Shown piece after piece: positions 1 to 8,416 of a DNA stretch of 64,000 nucleotides. Position 1 is the stretch's first letter. Each line of letters starts with the position of its first letter. The stretch comes from Escherichia phage Mangalyan. Position numbers and translations under genes: made by a program. Below the pieces are notes generated by a model, which was given only the letters and a program-made list of their open reading frames with translations, did not search any database and had not been told where the DNA came from. The stretch lies in the sequence record OR449013. One strand, given 5' to 3'.

Positions 1-140
1 ATTCACCTTCATCTTCTAAATAATCCTCATTCATGGAACGAAAAACGAGCTTAACCTTAAACATAGCATTACCTGTAGACCTCGTAAGTTAAAATTGCAT
101 CACATCATATTGCAGATCTTATCAGGTAACACTATTTTTG

Positions 141-329
141 TCAACAGATTCCGGCCTTATCCTTCCTGTCTGCGTATTCTTTAATCGCAACCTCATCTGC
201 ATTAGTGACCAGGTCTTCAAAGTAACTCTCAAGCTCCTCGTCAATGTCAGGAGACCAGCTCTTTTTCCTGTCAGTGTGAATTGCAGACTTGTTGAACTTA
301 TTACAGTTCTTTGCTACCGGGTTGTTCAT
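141..329 (-). CDS. hypothetical small protein (62 aa)
   Basis: ORF with GAGGAG Shine-Dalgarno about 7 nt upstream of ATG; same orientation as leftward block; overlapping + strand ORF 138-332 starts at TTG without RBS. Confidence 0.4.
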   Translation of the reverse strand: MNNPVAKNCNKFNKSAIHTDRKKSWSPDIDEELESYFEDLVTNADEVAIKEYADRKDKAGIC

Positions 330-339
330 TAAGCGCTCC

Positions 340-918
340 TCAGCGTTCGTAGTAGATTTTATTTAACATTACCTCATCTTTTGCAGAAAGAATACCGAGA
401 TATGCATCACCGAATCTACCTGCAACAACCTCTGCATGATACATCACTTCGTTAATATCGTCAAGAGTGATAACTGGATGACCGTATCTCTCTGAGTATT
501 GTCTCAGAGTGCGATGTAGAGAGTCATCATCATAGGCAGACTTTTTAATATCACAAACACGACGAATAGCCTTGATGTCGAAAAACCCTGTACGATACCA
601 ACCAAGAAAAAGGTTTCGTGCAGTGTCAACATCCACATCAATACCATCAAGAACCTTATCTACAAGATAGCTGTCATCCTTTGGACCTGCTTCCTTAGTG
701 CGAATGTAGTTGCCATCTTTTCCAGGTGACAGCTCCTTCTCATCACCAACCTGCATGCCATCATTTGGCGGTGTTAACCACTTATCCGGATGCTTACGAT
801 CACGAGCGTTAGAATGATTACGCTGGAAACCGGGCTTCCACTTGAAAGTTTTCTCCATCTGTTCTTCATTCTGATAACGTTTTGCAATCTTTTCACGGTC
901 ATCTTTGCGTGAACCCAT
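340..918 (-). CDS. hypothetical protein (192 aa)
   Basis: long uninterrupted ORF co-oriented with neighbours; no motif I can name. Confidence 0.5.
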   Translation of the reverse strand: MGSRKDDREKIAKRYQNEEQMEKTFKWKPGFQRNHSNARDRKHPDKWLTPPNDGMQVGDEKELSPGKDGNYIRTKEAGPKDDSYLVDKVLDGIDVDVDTARNLFLGWYRTGFFDIKAIRRVCDIKKSAYDDDSLHRTLRQYSERYGHPVITLDDINEVMYHAEVVAGRFGDAYLGILSAKDEVMLNKIYYER

Positions 919-1423
919 AGCTGCCTCCTCTTCAAGTTATAGAAAAACTCACTGTATCGCTTTGTAACGAGCTTTTCTATCAAACTGGTGCGATTGCATT
1001 ACCTGGTATAGTTTATATAGCTGTGGAGCGATTTAGGGGCCTTCTTGTCAGTTTCCACACATAAACTTCATCCAAGCTCGCGCGGGAGACTCTCAACCGA
1101 CTCCTTACGGCGCTGGCAAGCTTTCGTCGGTGGTCCACATCAGTGCTCGGCCTTTGGCCTGCGCTATAGCTTCGCTCCCACACATGTTAACAGACCTGCA
1201 TGTGTGCACTTCTGTTATTGTGTGCACCAAGGAGGCCCGGCATCTCGCCCCTCGTAGGCGAGTGCCAATGAAGGGCCGACACTGCCCATAGTAAGTAATA
1301 AATTTAAAACATGGTACTTAGGATCTAGTATATTCTACATAAGTTAAGTATATGTACTTAGTACCATAAGTACTAGATCTTTTATTTTTTTATTATTTAG
1401 TTATTTTAGTTATATTCTTTATG

Positions 1424-1532
1424 TGTCCGTATCACGGACAGTTAGTGTCCGTATTACGGGCAGATGTGTCCGCGTGACGGACAGTAGTGTCCGTATCACG
1501 GACAGTTAATAGTATCCGTTCCATGGCGAACA
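1424..1532. repeat. array of 17-bp palindromes TGTCCGTATCACGGACA (4 good copies plus 1 degenerate), 21-22 bp centre to centre
   Basis: read directly: copies at 1424-1440, 1446-1462, 1467-1483, 1488-1504, degenerate 1513-1532; each is a 7-bp inverted repeat around a 3-bp spacer. Confidence 0.85.
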
Positions 1533-1579
1533 TAAAACATACGAATCCTTATAGTATAGATATTTAAGTTTTTACTGGT

Positions 1580-1930
1580 CTAACCAGTTGTTGACATCCG
1601 AATAACTTCTTCTGGTGGCAAAACTTTGGAAAATGTGCATCTTTTACCTCTCCCTTGTGTGGATGTTTCAACCACTCCTGCACATTCTAAAGTTTTAACG
1701 CACGCTGCTGCTTTTGTTTTCTTTATCCCAACATCTGCTGCAATTTTCCTTGTGCTTGGTGTGAAGCGTGAATTTCCTCCAAGCTTATACCAGTTGTGCA
1801 GGTAGCAGTATACGATCTTGTCATACAAGTCAAGAACAACAACCTCCCCAGTTGTGTCATTCAAAACTTTTGACATAGATAGTATTTCAAGGGGGACTTT
1901 AAGATATAGCAGCTTATCCCCATCTTTCAT
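1580..1930 (-). CDS. hypothetical protein, possible helix-turn-helix DNA-binding protein
   Basis: 116-aa ORF; segment RKIAADVGIKKTKAAACVKTLECAGVV looks like an HTH region; gene ends beside the palindrome array. Confidence 0.45.
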   Translation of the reverse strand: MKDGDKLLYLKVPLEILSMSKVLNDTTGEVVVLDLYDKIVYCYLHNWYKLGGNSRFTPSTRKIAADVGIKKTKAAACVKTLECAGVVETSTQGRGKRCTFSKVLPPEEVIRMSTTG

Positions 1931-1977
1931 ATCTCCTGATTCTCCTTGTGTGGCAATTTTCTTTAAAATAGCAGGGA

Positions 1978-2532
1978 TTACTCCCTACTGTCAATATCAA
2001 AACTCATTGCAATACGGTATGCCTCCTCTAATGGTAAGAGTCTCCCCCACACATCCCAACCGACATCAAGCTGCCTGCCAAACAACTGTTGTGTGGTTCC
2101 GTGAGCATGACCGAACAGTTGGACTGATCCGTGAGGCTTTCTGTTCCACTTTGCAAACTGGTAATGGCTCATACAGATCAAATTCTTGTTGTGGCGAAGC
2201 TCGTAATAATCTACAACCTCATGACCGAACTCTTTCATAATTCTGACAGTCGTCCTTGTGTCATGGTTGCCACGAACAAGAATAATATGTCCGTTCAACA
2301 TATTTAGAATATCTGGAAGTAAGTTGTTGATATTCTTATCATTAGTGCACGCAATATCTCCCAAGTGGAACACAGTGTCTGCAGGTGACACAACAGAGTT
2401 CCACTTGGCGATGATTCCCGCATTCATACTGTCAAGATTGTGATCATACTGAGATCTGTGTTTTTGACATGAATCAAACTCCATGACCCGCTGATGGAGA
2501 AAGTGTGTGTCGCTTGTTACAAAGTATTTCAT
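1978..2532 (-). CDS. calcineurin-like metallophosphoesterase (candidate polynucleotide 3'-phosphatase or Ser/Thr phosphatase)
   Basis: motifs SDTHF (D-x-H), HLGDIA (GD), RGNHD (GNHD), GHAHG; start placed at internal ATG 2530-2532 (MKYF) with GAGGA RBS, directly after the stop of the upstream kinase ORF. Confidence 0.85.
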   Translation of the reverse strand: MKYFVTSDTHFLHQRVMEFDSCQKHRSQYDHNLDSMNAGIIAKWNSVVSPADTVFHLGDIACTNDKNINNLLPDILNMLNGHIILVRGNHDTRTTVRIMKEFGHEVVDYYELRHNKNLICMSHYQFAKWNRKPHGSVQLFGHAHGTTQQLFGRQLDVGWDVWGRLLPLEEAYRIAMSFDIDSRE

Positions 2533-2539
2533 ACATTCC

Positions 2540-2950
2540 TCATTTAAGTTTAATGCAGTTTTTAAGCTGGCGTTCCATACGATCCACAACCTTGTCTGGA
2601 ACATCATGAATGCTTTTATTACCGTGGCGGTTTTCAACCACGATCACGGTATAACTATACCCATGACTGATTGCCATGTCAACATATTCCTGCACATGTT
2701 TTTCTTTTGTAAACGTATTACTTACCACGATACGGTCGTATCCCATACGCATCATATCTTCTACGTTATCTTTGCACCATTTTGCTGCGAGTGTTACTTT
2801 ACTTGCATCCCAGTTGTAATTGCCGTCATCGTCATACCAGAACATGTCGTTCTCAAAATGTGGATACAGACCCTCTAAAGATAGCGCATTTGCCAGTGTT
2901 GATTTGCCAGACCCTGGTAGACCACGCACGATATATAGCATTTTAGACAT
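2540..2950 (-). CDS. P-loop kinase, polynucleotide 5'-kinase-like
   Basis: Walker A GLPGSGKST near N-terminus; start placed at ATG 2948-2950 (MSKMLYIV) preceded by GGAGGG; immediately upstream of the phosphoesterase gene. Confidence 0.65.
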   Translation of the reverse strand: MSKMLYIVRGLPGSGKSTLANALSLEGLYPHFENDMFWYDDDGNYNWDASKVTLAAKWCKDNVEDMMRMGYDRIVVSNTFTKEKHVQEYVDMAISHGYSYTVIVVENRHGNKSIHDVPDKVVDRMERQLKNCIKLK

Positions 2951-3010
2951 AGTGACCCTCCGTTTTAATTTCAACGGTAGTATACCTGACTGTTTTGTTA
3001 ATTTCAAGTG

Positions 3011-3040
3011 TTGACACTAGGTTATTTGTGTGGCAGGATA
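3011..3040 (+). promoter_or_regulatory. candidate sigma70-like promoter in divergent control region
   Basis: TTGACA at 3011-3016; -10 element poor; sits between divergent kinase and RNA ligase genes. Confidence 0.3.
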
Positions 3041-3050
3041 GACTGACAAA

Positions 3051-3986
3051 ATGACAAATGAGGAACGTATAATGAAGTATTTTAATGCAGACGACCTAGT
3101 TGACAAAGGTCTTGTAACCAGTAGGTATTACCCAGATCTCGGGCTAAAGATCTATAAATATGCCAGAAAAGTATTCTACAACAATCTGTGGCATTTGTCT
3201 CCGCGTTTACTGGAGTGCCGAGGTATTGTTGTTGGCAATGAGGGGAATGTTGTGGCATGGCCTTTCACAAAAGTATTCAACTTAGGAGAAAACTCCACCA
3301 ACCTACCGGACAGTAAACTTGTTACTGCGGTAGAGAAAAAGAACGGATTCCTCGGTGTGGTATCATCTCATAAAGGTGACCTATTGTTCTCAACAACCGG
3401 GTCTCTTGATTCTCCATATTGTAACCTTGCAAAGGAAACCATCCAAGAGCAATGTGGTAATTTAGATCTTATCAAGAAGGTTATGGGCAATGAAAACATG
3501 ACATTCATGTTTGAAATTTGTCACCCTTCAGATCCGCATATTGTTCAAGAAGACCATGGCGCATATTTGATAGGTTGCAGATATAATGATTCTGGAATAA
3601 TGCTACCAGAAGCAGCTTTAGATGGGATTGCCAAATACCTTGGTGCAAAACGTCCTCACACTGTGCGTGAAATTCCGTTCAGCTATGCAAAAGAGTTAGC
3701 TGCAGAAACAAGAGGTGAAGGATATATGATTCGTAAGCCTTACTACCCTTATGATCTGCAGTTGAAGATCAAGTCTCCATACTATCTGGCACGAAAGGCC
3801 GTAATGAGGGGTAAAGCTTGGAAGATTTGGGATGATGATATCTTTAAACGTGTTGACGAAGAGTTTTACGGCATGGTAAACTTCATTCGTAACAACTACA
3901 CAGAGGATGTATGGAACTGCCTCCTGGAGCAGGAACGCCGTGAGATACTTGACTGCTATTTCCACAACGAGGACTATATGCAATGA
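3051..3986 (+). CDS. rnlA: RNA ligase, Rnl1 family (T4 gp63-like)
   Basis: nucleotidyltransferase motif I K-x-N-G (VEKKNGFLG, Lys about residue 96); blocks LECRGIV and KVFNLGEN match the N-terminal region of T4 RNA ligase 1 as I recall it. Confidence 0.8.
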   Translation: MTNEERIMKYFNADDLVDKGLVTSRYYPDLGLKIYKYARKVFYNNLWHLSPRLLECRGIVVGNEGNVVAWPFTKVFNLGENSTNLPDSKLVTAVEKKNGFLGVVSSHKGDLLFSTTGSLDSPYCNLAKETIQEQCGNLDLIKKVMGNENMTFMFEICHPSDPHIVQEDHGAYLIGCRYNDSGIMLPEAALDGIAKYLGAKRPHTVREIPFSYAKELAAETRGEGYMIRKPYYPYDLQLKIKSPYYLARKAVMRGKAWKIWDDDIFKRVDEEFYGMVNFIRNNYTEDVWNCLLEQERREILDCYFHNEDYMQ

Positions 3987-4333
3987 AGAAGTTGATTGTG
4001 TGGCTGGATGACTTGAGAGATCCGTCAAATTACGGGCTCCAAGACGCTGTTTGGCTAAAGAATTCCTCCGAGTTTATAGATTTTATTAACGATAATAGAA
4101 AGCTCTACAGACGCGTTTCTGAGTGGCACATGGACAACGACCTTGGAGAGTTGTTCGAAGGGTACGATTGCCTATCTATGTTGGAGGAAAAATTTGTATT
4201 TGGTAAGCCCCCTGTAGTTGACAACGTGAAGATTTTCGTGCATACTTCTAACCCATCAGCGGCTCGTAAATTCATGCTTGCAGCTGACTCGTTTAAAAAG
4301 TTTGGAATAGAGATTAAACAAAACATCTACTGA
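3983..4333 (+). CDS. hypothetical protein (116 aa)
   Basis: ORF overlapping stop of rnl by 4 nt (translational coupling); no motif recognised. Confidence 0.55.
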   Translation: MKKLIVWLDDLRDPSNYGLQDAVWLKNSSEFIDFINDNRKLYRRVSEWHMDNDLGELFEGYDCLSMLEEKFVFGKPPVVDNVKIFVHTSNPSAARKFMLAADSFKKFGIEIKQNIY

Positions 4334-4341
4334 GGACACTT

Positions 4342-5103
4342 ATGCGACGACTGATTATTATCTCCGGTGCTGGTTTGAGCGCTGAATCTGGTATTCCCAC
4401 TTTCCGATCTGGTAGCACTGCAATGTGGGAGAATTTCAGCATCGATGAGGTGTGCAACATCCACACCTTTGCCAAGAACTACTACAAGGTGCATGACTTT
4501 TACAATGCACGTCGTGTAGCTCTAGGCGGTGTTGAGCCTAACCTTGCACATCTTCGGATCGCTGAGTGGTATTCCCGCTGGTCTGGTCGTGTGATCAACC
4601 TTACCACCAATGTAGATGATTTGCTGGAGCGTGCTGGTGTAAAACATGAAGATATTTTACATGTTCACGGGTATTTGCCAGAAATAGTCTATGAGGACGA
4701 TGAAGGAAGTGACGTCATTAAGGACATTGGATACTCTGAGGTAGATGCAGGAAAGTATACCTGGGTTAAACCTAATGTGGTGTTCTTCGGAGAAGTAGCT
4801 CCGAAGTATACAGACATGTATGACCTGTTGACTTCTCTTACAAGCAATGATATGGTTATCCTTGTAGGGTGTTCCAACACAGTTATCAATTTTAACTGGG
4901 AGCTATTCCCTGCCTGCAATAAGGGCACCAAACTGCTGATCGTTAACAAATACGACTCACAGCATCTAGAGGAGAATGGCATTTCACGTAGTGATATTTA
5001 CCAGTACGAGGATCGCGGCATCCCGGTTTGGTTTAACGGGGCGGTTGACGCTTTCTCTGATAAAACATTCATTGAGACCGTAGAAAACTTTATGGAACTT
5101 TAA
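4342..5103 (+). CDS. Sir2-family protein (NAD-dependent deacylase / ADP-ribosyltransferase fold)
   Basis: canonical Sir2 NAD-binding motif GAGLSAESGIPTFR at residues 9-22, TTNVDDL, HVHGYL (catalytic His), VVFFGE; no zinc-ribbon cysteines. Confidence 0.8.
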   Translation: MRRLIIISGAGLSAESGIPTFRSGSTAMWENFSIDEVCNIHTFAKNYYKVHDFYNARRVALGGVEPNLAHLRIAEWYSRWSGRVINLTTNVDDLLERAGVKHEDILHVHGYLPEIVYEDDEGSDVIKDIGYSEVDAGKYTWVKPNVVFFGEVAPKYTDMYDLLTSLTSNDMVILVGCSNTVINFNWELFPACNKGTKLLIVNKYDSQHLEENGISRSDIYQYEDRGIPVWFNGAVDAFSDKTFIETVENFMEL

Positions 5104-5116
5104 AAGGAGACCTTTA

Positions 5117-5830
5117 ATGCTGAATACTAAACTGATCGACAACCTGGAAAAACTGTCTCAGCCTGAAAACTACCTTTGGTCTGCCAACTGGGTGGAAAAC
5201 TGGAACCGTGTGGCAGCTAAAGTGAAAAAATCATACACACCATTCGAATTACAGCTTAGCTTCATTGAGGAAGAGTTCAATGAGGTTTTGGAAGAGCTGG
5301 AGAAAGGTGATGGTGGAGATCACCTGCTAAAAGAGGCCTGCGATCTTCACGTTGTCACAAGTTATGCCGCTTATCTTGTTAATGATAATCACGAAAAGTG
5401 GTCAAACCTGTTTGATAATCCACGAGGTCTTAAGTTCAAGATCGGTGAGTTCTATGATACACTGATCGCTGCGAAAAACACATCCAAGCAAAGAGCGTCA
5501 GCTTACCGCTTAGCGGAGTTGTCAACAGCTTTGCTGTTCCAGCTTCGCGGCGATGTGTGTGGGATGATGCGGAAGGTTCTCAAATCTAATGACAGCAAGT
5601 TTGCACGGATCAACCATCTACGATATTCTCACGGTGCCAGTGCAGATATGTCTACTGAATTGCTCATAGAGTTAGAGATTGAAGATCTTGAGCGTCGTTT
5701 TGGTGGTCGCTACGAAGGTTTCGTTGCTAAAGAGGAGTTCTACAACGGTAATAAAGTTATTATATTCCTTGACAGTAAAGGTAAGATTATGAAGCCTTCG
5801 AGCTTCAAGGATGTAACAGAGTATATTTAA
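5117..5830 (+). CDS. MazG-like nucleotide pyrophosphohydrolase (tentative)
   Basis: acidic cluster EEEFNEVLEELEKGDGGDHLLKEACDLHVV resembles the all-alpha NTP-PPase E-x2-E ... E-x2-D metal-binding pattern; 237 aa. Confidence 0.45.
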   Translation: MLNTKLIDNLEKLSQPENYLWSANWVENWNRVAAKVKKSYTPFELQLSFIEEEFNEVLEELEKGDGGDHLLKEACDLHVVTSYAAYLVNDNHEKWSNLFDNPRGLKFKIGEFYDTLIAAKNTSKQRASAYRLAELSTALLFQLRGDVCGMMRKVLKSNDSKFARINHLRYSHGASADMSTELLIELEIEDLERRFGGRYEGFVAKEEFYNGNKVIIFLDSKGKIMKPSSFKDVTEYI

Positions 5831-5836
5831 CAACAT

Positions 5837-5860
5837 AGCCGGGATTACCCGGCTTTACTT
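5837..5860 (+). terminator. rho-independent terminator
   Basis: stem AGCCGGG / CCCGGCT with 4-nt loop followed by T-rich tract. Confidence 0.6.
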
Positions 5861-5892
5861 ATTATGGAAAGTATGCAGTGAGGTAGTTAGTT

Positions 5893-6201
5893 ATGTACAA
5901 GCATTCCAGAGATCTTGAAAAAGATGCTGTGTTTGGCGACCAGATGAAGGAGCTGATCAAACTTATAGGTAGAATGGAAGATAAGTTTGACACTAAAATC
6001 TACATCGATAGCAAGATCTTCAACCACAAAATATGGACAAATGTGTGTGTTGGGCTACATGGTGATAAAGATATTGTAAATTTGGTTGTAATAAAGTTCA
6101 TAGTGTGGCAGAATAGGACTATACGTTATTCCGATCCACACTTACTTGTTTATCCTATAAAAGACCTACTACAGAAGGAGGACTGCAATGCCGTTATTTA
6201 A
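5893..6201 (+). CDS. hypothetical protein (102 aa)
   Basis: ORF after terminator with GAGG-containing leader. Confidence 0.5.
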   Translation: MYKHSRDLEKDAVFGDQMKELIKLIGRMEDKFDTKIYIDSKIFNHKIWTNVCVGLHGDKDIVNLVVIKFIVWQNRTIRYSDPHLLVYPIKDLLQKEDCNAVI

Positions 6202-6457
6202 TCTTGCTAAACCTGTAGAAGCACACCAGTTTGATGGAAGCTCTTCATCAGTATCTGATCTGCAACGGTGGATTGATACAGGTGTGTTTACATCGTCACC
6301 TGTTCGGACCAGAGATATTCGTCGCATGTGTGAGCTTGTTGAGCCGTTTGGTAACCTTGTCCTGTACCAGGGAGATTGGCTAGTTGACTTTATGGGAGAC
6401 TGGTTGGTAATGAGTAAAGAAGAGATGTTTAAAATTTTTAAGGAAGAGGCCGAGTAA
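6188..6457 (+). CDS. hypothetical protein (89 aa)
   Basis: ORF with GAAGGAGG upstream; overlaps neighbours by a few nt. Confidence 0.5.
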   Translation: MPLFNLAKPVEAHQFDGSSSSVSDLQRWIDTGVFTSSPVRTRDIRRMCELVEPFGNLVLYQGDWLVDFMGDWLVMSKEEMFKIFKEEAE

Positions 6458-7740
6458 TGCATCAAATCAAAACAACACTGTACGCACTGAACAAAGATGG
6501 CAGCTACCAACAGTGGAAAGTATTCACTGATGGCGAAAAGGTTATCGTAGAGTTTGGCAAGCTTGACGGTAAATTGCAGTACAAAGAGACGGTATGCACA
6601 CCTAAGAACGTAGGTCGTGCCAATGAGACTACAGCTGAGCAACAGGCCGAGCTTGAGGCTATCAGCAAGTGGGAAAAACAAGTCCGTCTGGGGTATGTTG
6701 AAAACATGGAAGATTGCGAGCAGGGTGTTGATCTTTTACCCATGCTGGTGCATGACTACCTGAAGCGTGGCAAGGCACTTAAACTACCTTGCTGGATCTT
6801 GCGTAAGTTAGATGGCCTTCGTCTGCTTGTTGTTTTCCAAAATGGTGAGCCTAAATTTATTTCCCGTGGTAATAAGTCCTACCCTATTCAAGGAAAGCTT
6901 TTAGAGCAACTTCGTTCTTTCCATTCTACCACTGGGATTAAACAACTTGATGGGGAACTATACATTCATGGTCTTCCTTTGCAGAAAATAGTGTCTCTTG
7001 CTAAACGGTGGCGCACACAGGAAGAGATTCAGGCCGAGATCGATAAAGACTATGAGGCAGATAAAAAACGCCGTCATGCCGCAATTAAGTCCGGCTTATC
7101 AACATACAAAAACTTCAACAAGGTAGATATTCCTGTCGATGTTGAGCCTGTTCGTGATGATTTGCGTTACGGTGGGTACTGTAGCTACGATCTGGAGTAT
7201 CACATTTTTGATATTCCTAGCGACAAGGTGTGGTGGGATCCCGAAACAGAGTCTGGACGCTGCAAGGATCTTATGGATGCAGAGGATACCGTTACCACTC
7301 TGATGCTTGACCATATCAAGGTTGTTGACGCAGAGCTTGCGTACACAGTTGATCATTGCGAAGAATCTGTTGGTATATTCATGTCCGAAGGATATGAAGG
7401 TACCATTATGCGTAACTTCTGTGGTAAATATGAGTACGGTCAGAGAACATCTGAAGCATTGAAATGGAAAAAGTTCAACGACGCAGAGGTGAAAGTTATT
7501 GACGTTGAGAAAGATAAGAATGATGAAGGTGTTCTTATCTGTGTTGACAAGGAAGGTATTGTTGTTAAAATGAAGATGAAAGGTACGCACGAGGAGCGTA
7601 GCTATGACAGAATGCAGGAAATGATCGGCAAGTTTGTCACCTTCAAATATCAAGCAAGGACAGAAGACAACAACTACCAATTCCCTGTCGGTATCTGCGT
7701 CCGAAATGTTAACCCAGACACTTGGGAGGTGCTGGAATAA
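6457..7740 (+). CDS. ATP-dependent polynucleotide ligase (probably DNA ligase)
   Basis: motif I KxDG (LRKLDGLR), EGTIMR (motif IV-like), LKWKKF (motif V K-x-K); 427 aa. Confidence 0.7.
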   Translation: MHQIKTTLYALNKDGSYQQWKVFTDGEKVIVEFGKLDGKLQYKETVCTPKNVGRANETTAEQQAELEAISKWEKQVRLGYVENMEDCEQGVDLLPMLVHDYLKRGKALKLPCWILRKLDGLRLLVVFQNGEPKFISRGNKSYPIQGKLLEQLRSFHSTTGIKQLDGELYIHGLPLQKIVSLAKRWRTQEEIQAEIDKDYEADKKRRHAAIKSGLSTYKNFNKVDIPVDVEPVRDDLRYGGYCSYDLEYHIFDIPSDKVWWDPETESGRCKDLMDAEDTVTTLMLDHIKVVDAELAYTVDHCEESVGIFMSEGYEGTIMRNFCGKYEYGQRTSEALKWKKFNDAEVKVIDVEKDKNDEGVLICVDKEGIVVKMKMKGTHEERSYDRMQEMIGKFVTFKYQARTEDNNYQFPVGICVRNVNPDTWEVLE

Positions 7741-7882
7741 TTTAGGTATGTTTAGTAGCCAATTGAATAAGTGTTTTCAATTTGCACCTACATATGCCCT
7801 GATGTATGAACTGTGCAACCTAGCCACACCACACAGTGGTGCTGATCGGGGCTCGTTATGAGTGAACTGGAGAGTATGAAAA

Positions 7883-8353
7883 ATGAAACTTGATAAAAAT
7901 GTTCAACGAAAGGCTTTCTTGGATATGATCGCATATTCGGAAGGCACAGATAATGGTAGACAACCTACCAAGGATCGGGGATACGATGTCATAGTCGGAG
8001 GCAAGCTGTTCAGCGATTACAGCAAGCATCCCGGTGTTTACGTTAAGCTAAATGCTAAACTTACCTCCTCCGCTGCTGGGCGTTACCAGGTTTTGGAGAA
8101 GTTTGCTAAACACTACATGGAACAGTTAGGATTGCCAGATTTTGGCCCTGCCAGTCAGGACAAGATTGCGTTGCAACTGATCCGTGAGTGCAAGGCTCTC
8201 GCCGACATTGACGAAGGGCGTATCCACGAGGCTATCCATAAATGCCGTTCCCGCTGGGCTTCGTTGCCTGGTGCTGGATATGGTCAGCATGAACAGAAGA
8301 TTGAGAAGTTGATCGAGGTGTTTAAAAAGGCAGGCGGTGTTGTCCTTGATTGA
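7883..8353 (+). CDS. endolysin, lambda R-type lytic transglycosylase
   Basis: near-colinear with lambda R as recalled: QRKAFLDM, SEGTDNGRQ, GYDVIVGG, AGRYQ, WASLPGAGYGQ; catalytic Glu in SEGT. Confidence 0.9.
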   Translation: MKLDKNVQRKAFLDMIAYSEGTDNGRQPTKDRGYDVIVGGKLFSDYSKHPGVYVKLNAKLTSSAAGRYQVLEKFAKHYMEQLGLPDFGPASQDKIALQLIRECKALADIDEGRIHEAIHKCRSRWASLPGAGYGQHEQKIEKLIEVFKKAGGVVLD

Positions 8354-8416
8354 TCATTGACATAACCACACGGACGTGGTATTGTTACCTCATAAAATGT
8401 TTAGGAGGGTTTAACC

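Noticed and set aside
1-34. Start of a leftward gene at the left window edge
   Set aside because: Only about 11 codons lie inside the window; too little to support a call
138-332. + strand ORF (64 aa) from the ORF track
   Set aside because: TTG start without RBS and fully antisense to a minus-strand ORF that has a GAGGAG Shine-Dalgarno and fits the leftward operon
1045-1257. + strand ORF (70 aa) inside the GC-rich island
   Set aside because: No RBS, Arg/Pro/Cys-rich translation typical of a GC-rich non-coding frame; kept as a possible structured-RNA region instead
1818-2240. + strand ORF (140 aa)
   Set aside because: Antisense to the metallophosphoesterase gene whose motifs are unambiguous
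7099-7680. minus-strand ORF (193 aa) inside the ligase gene
   Set aside because: Antisense to a gene with clear ligase motifs; low-complexity hydrophobic translation
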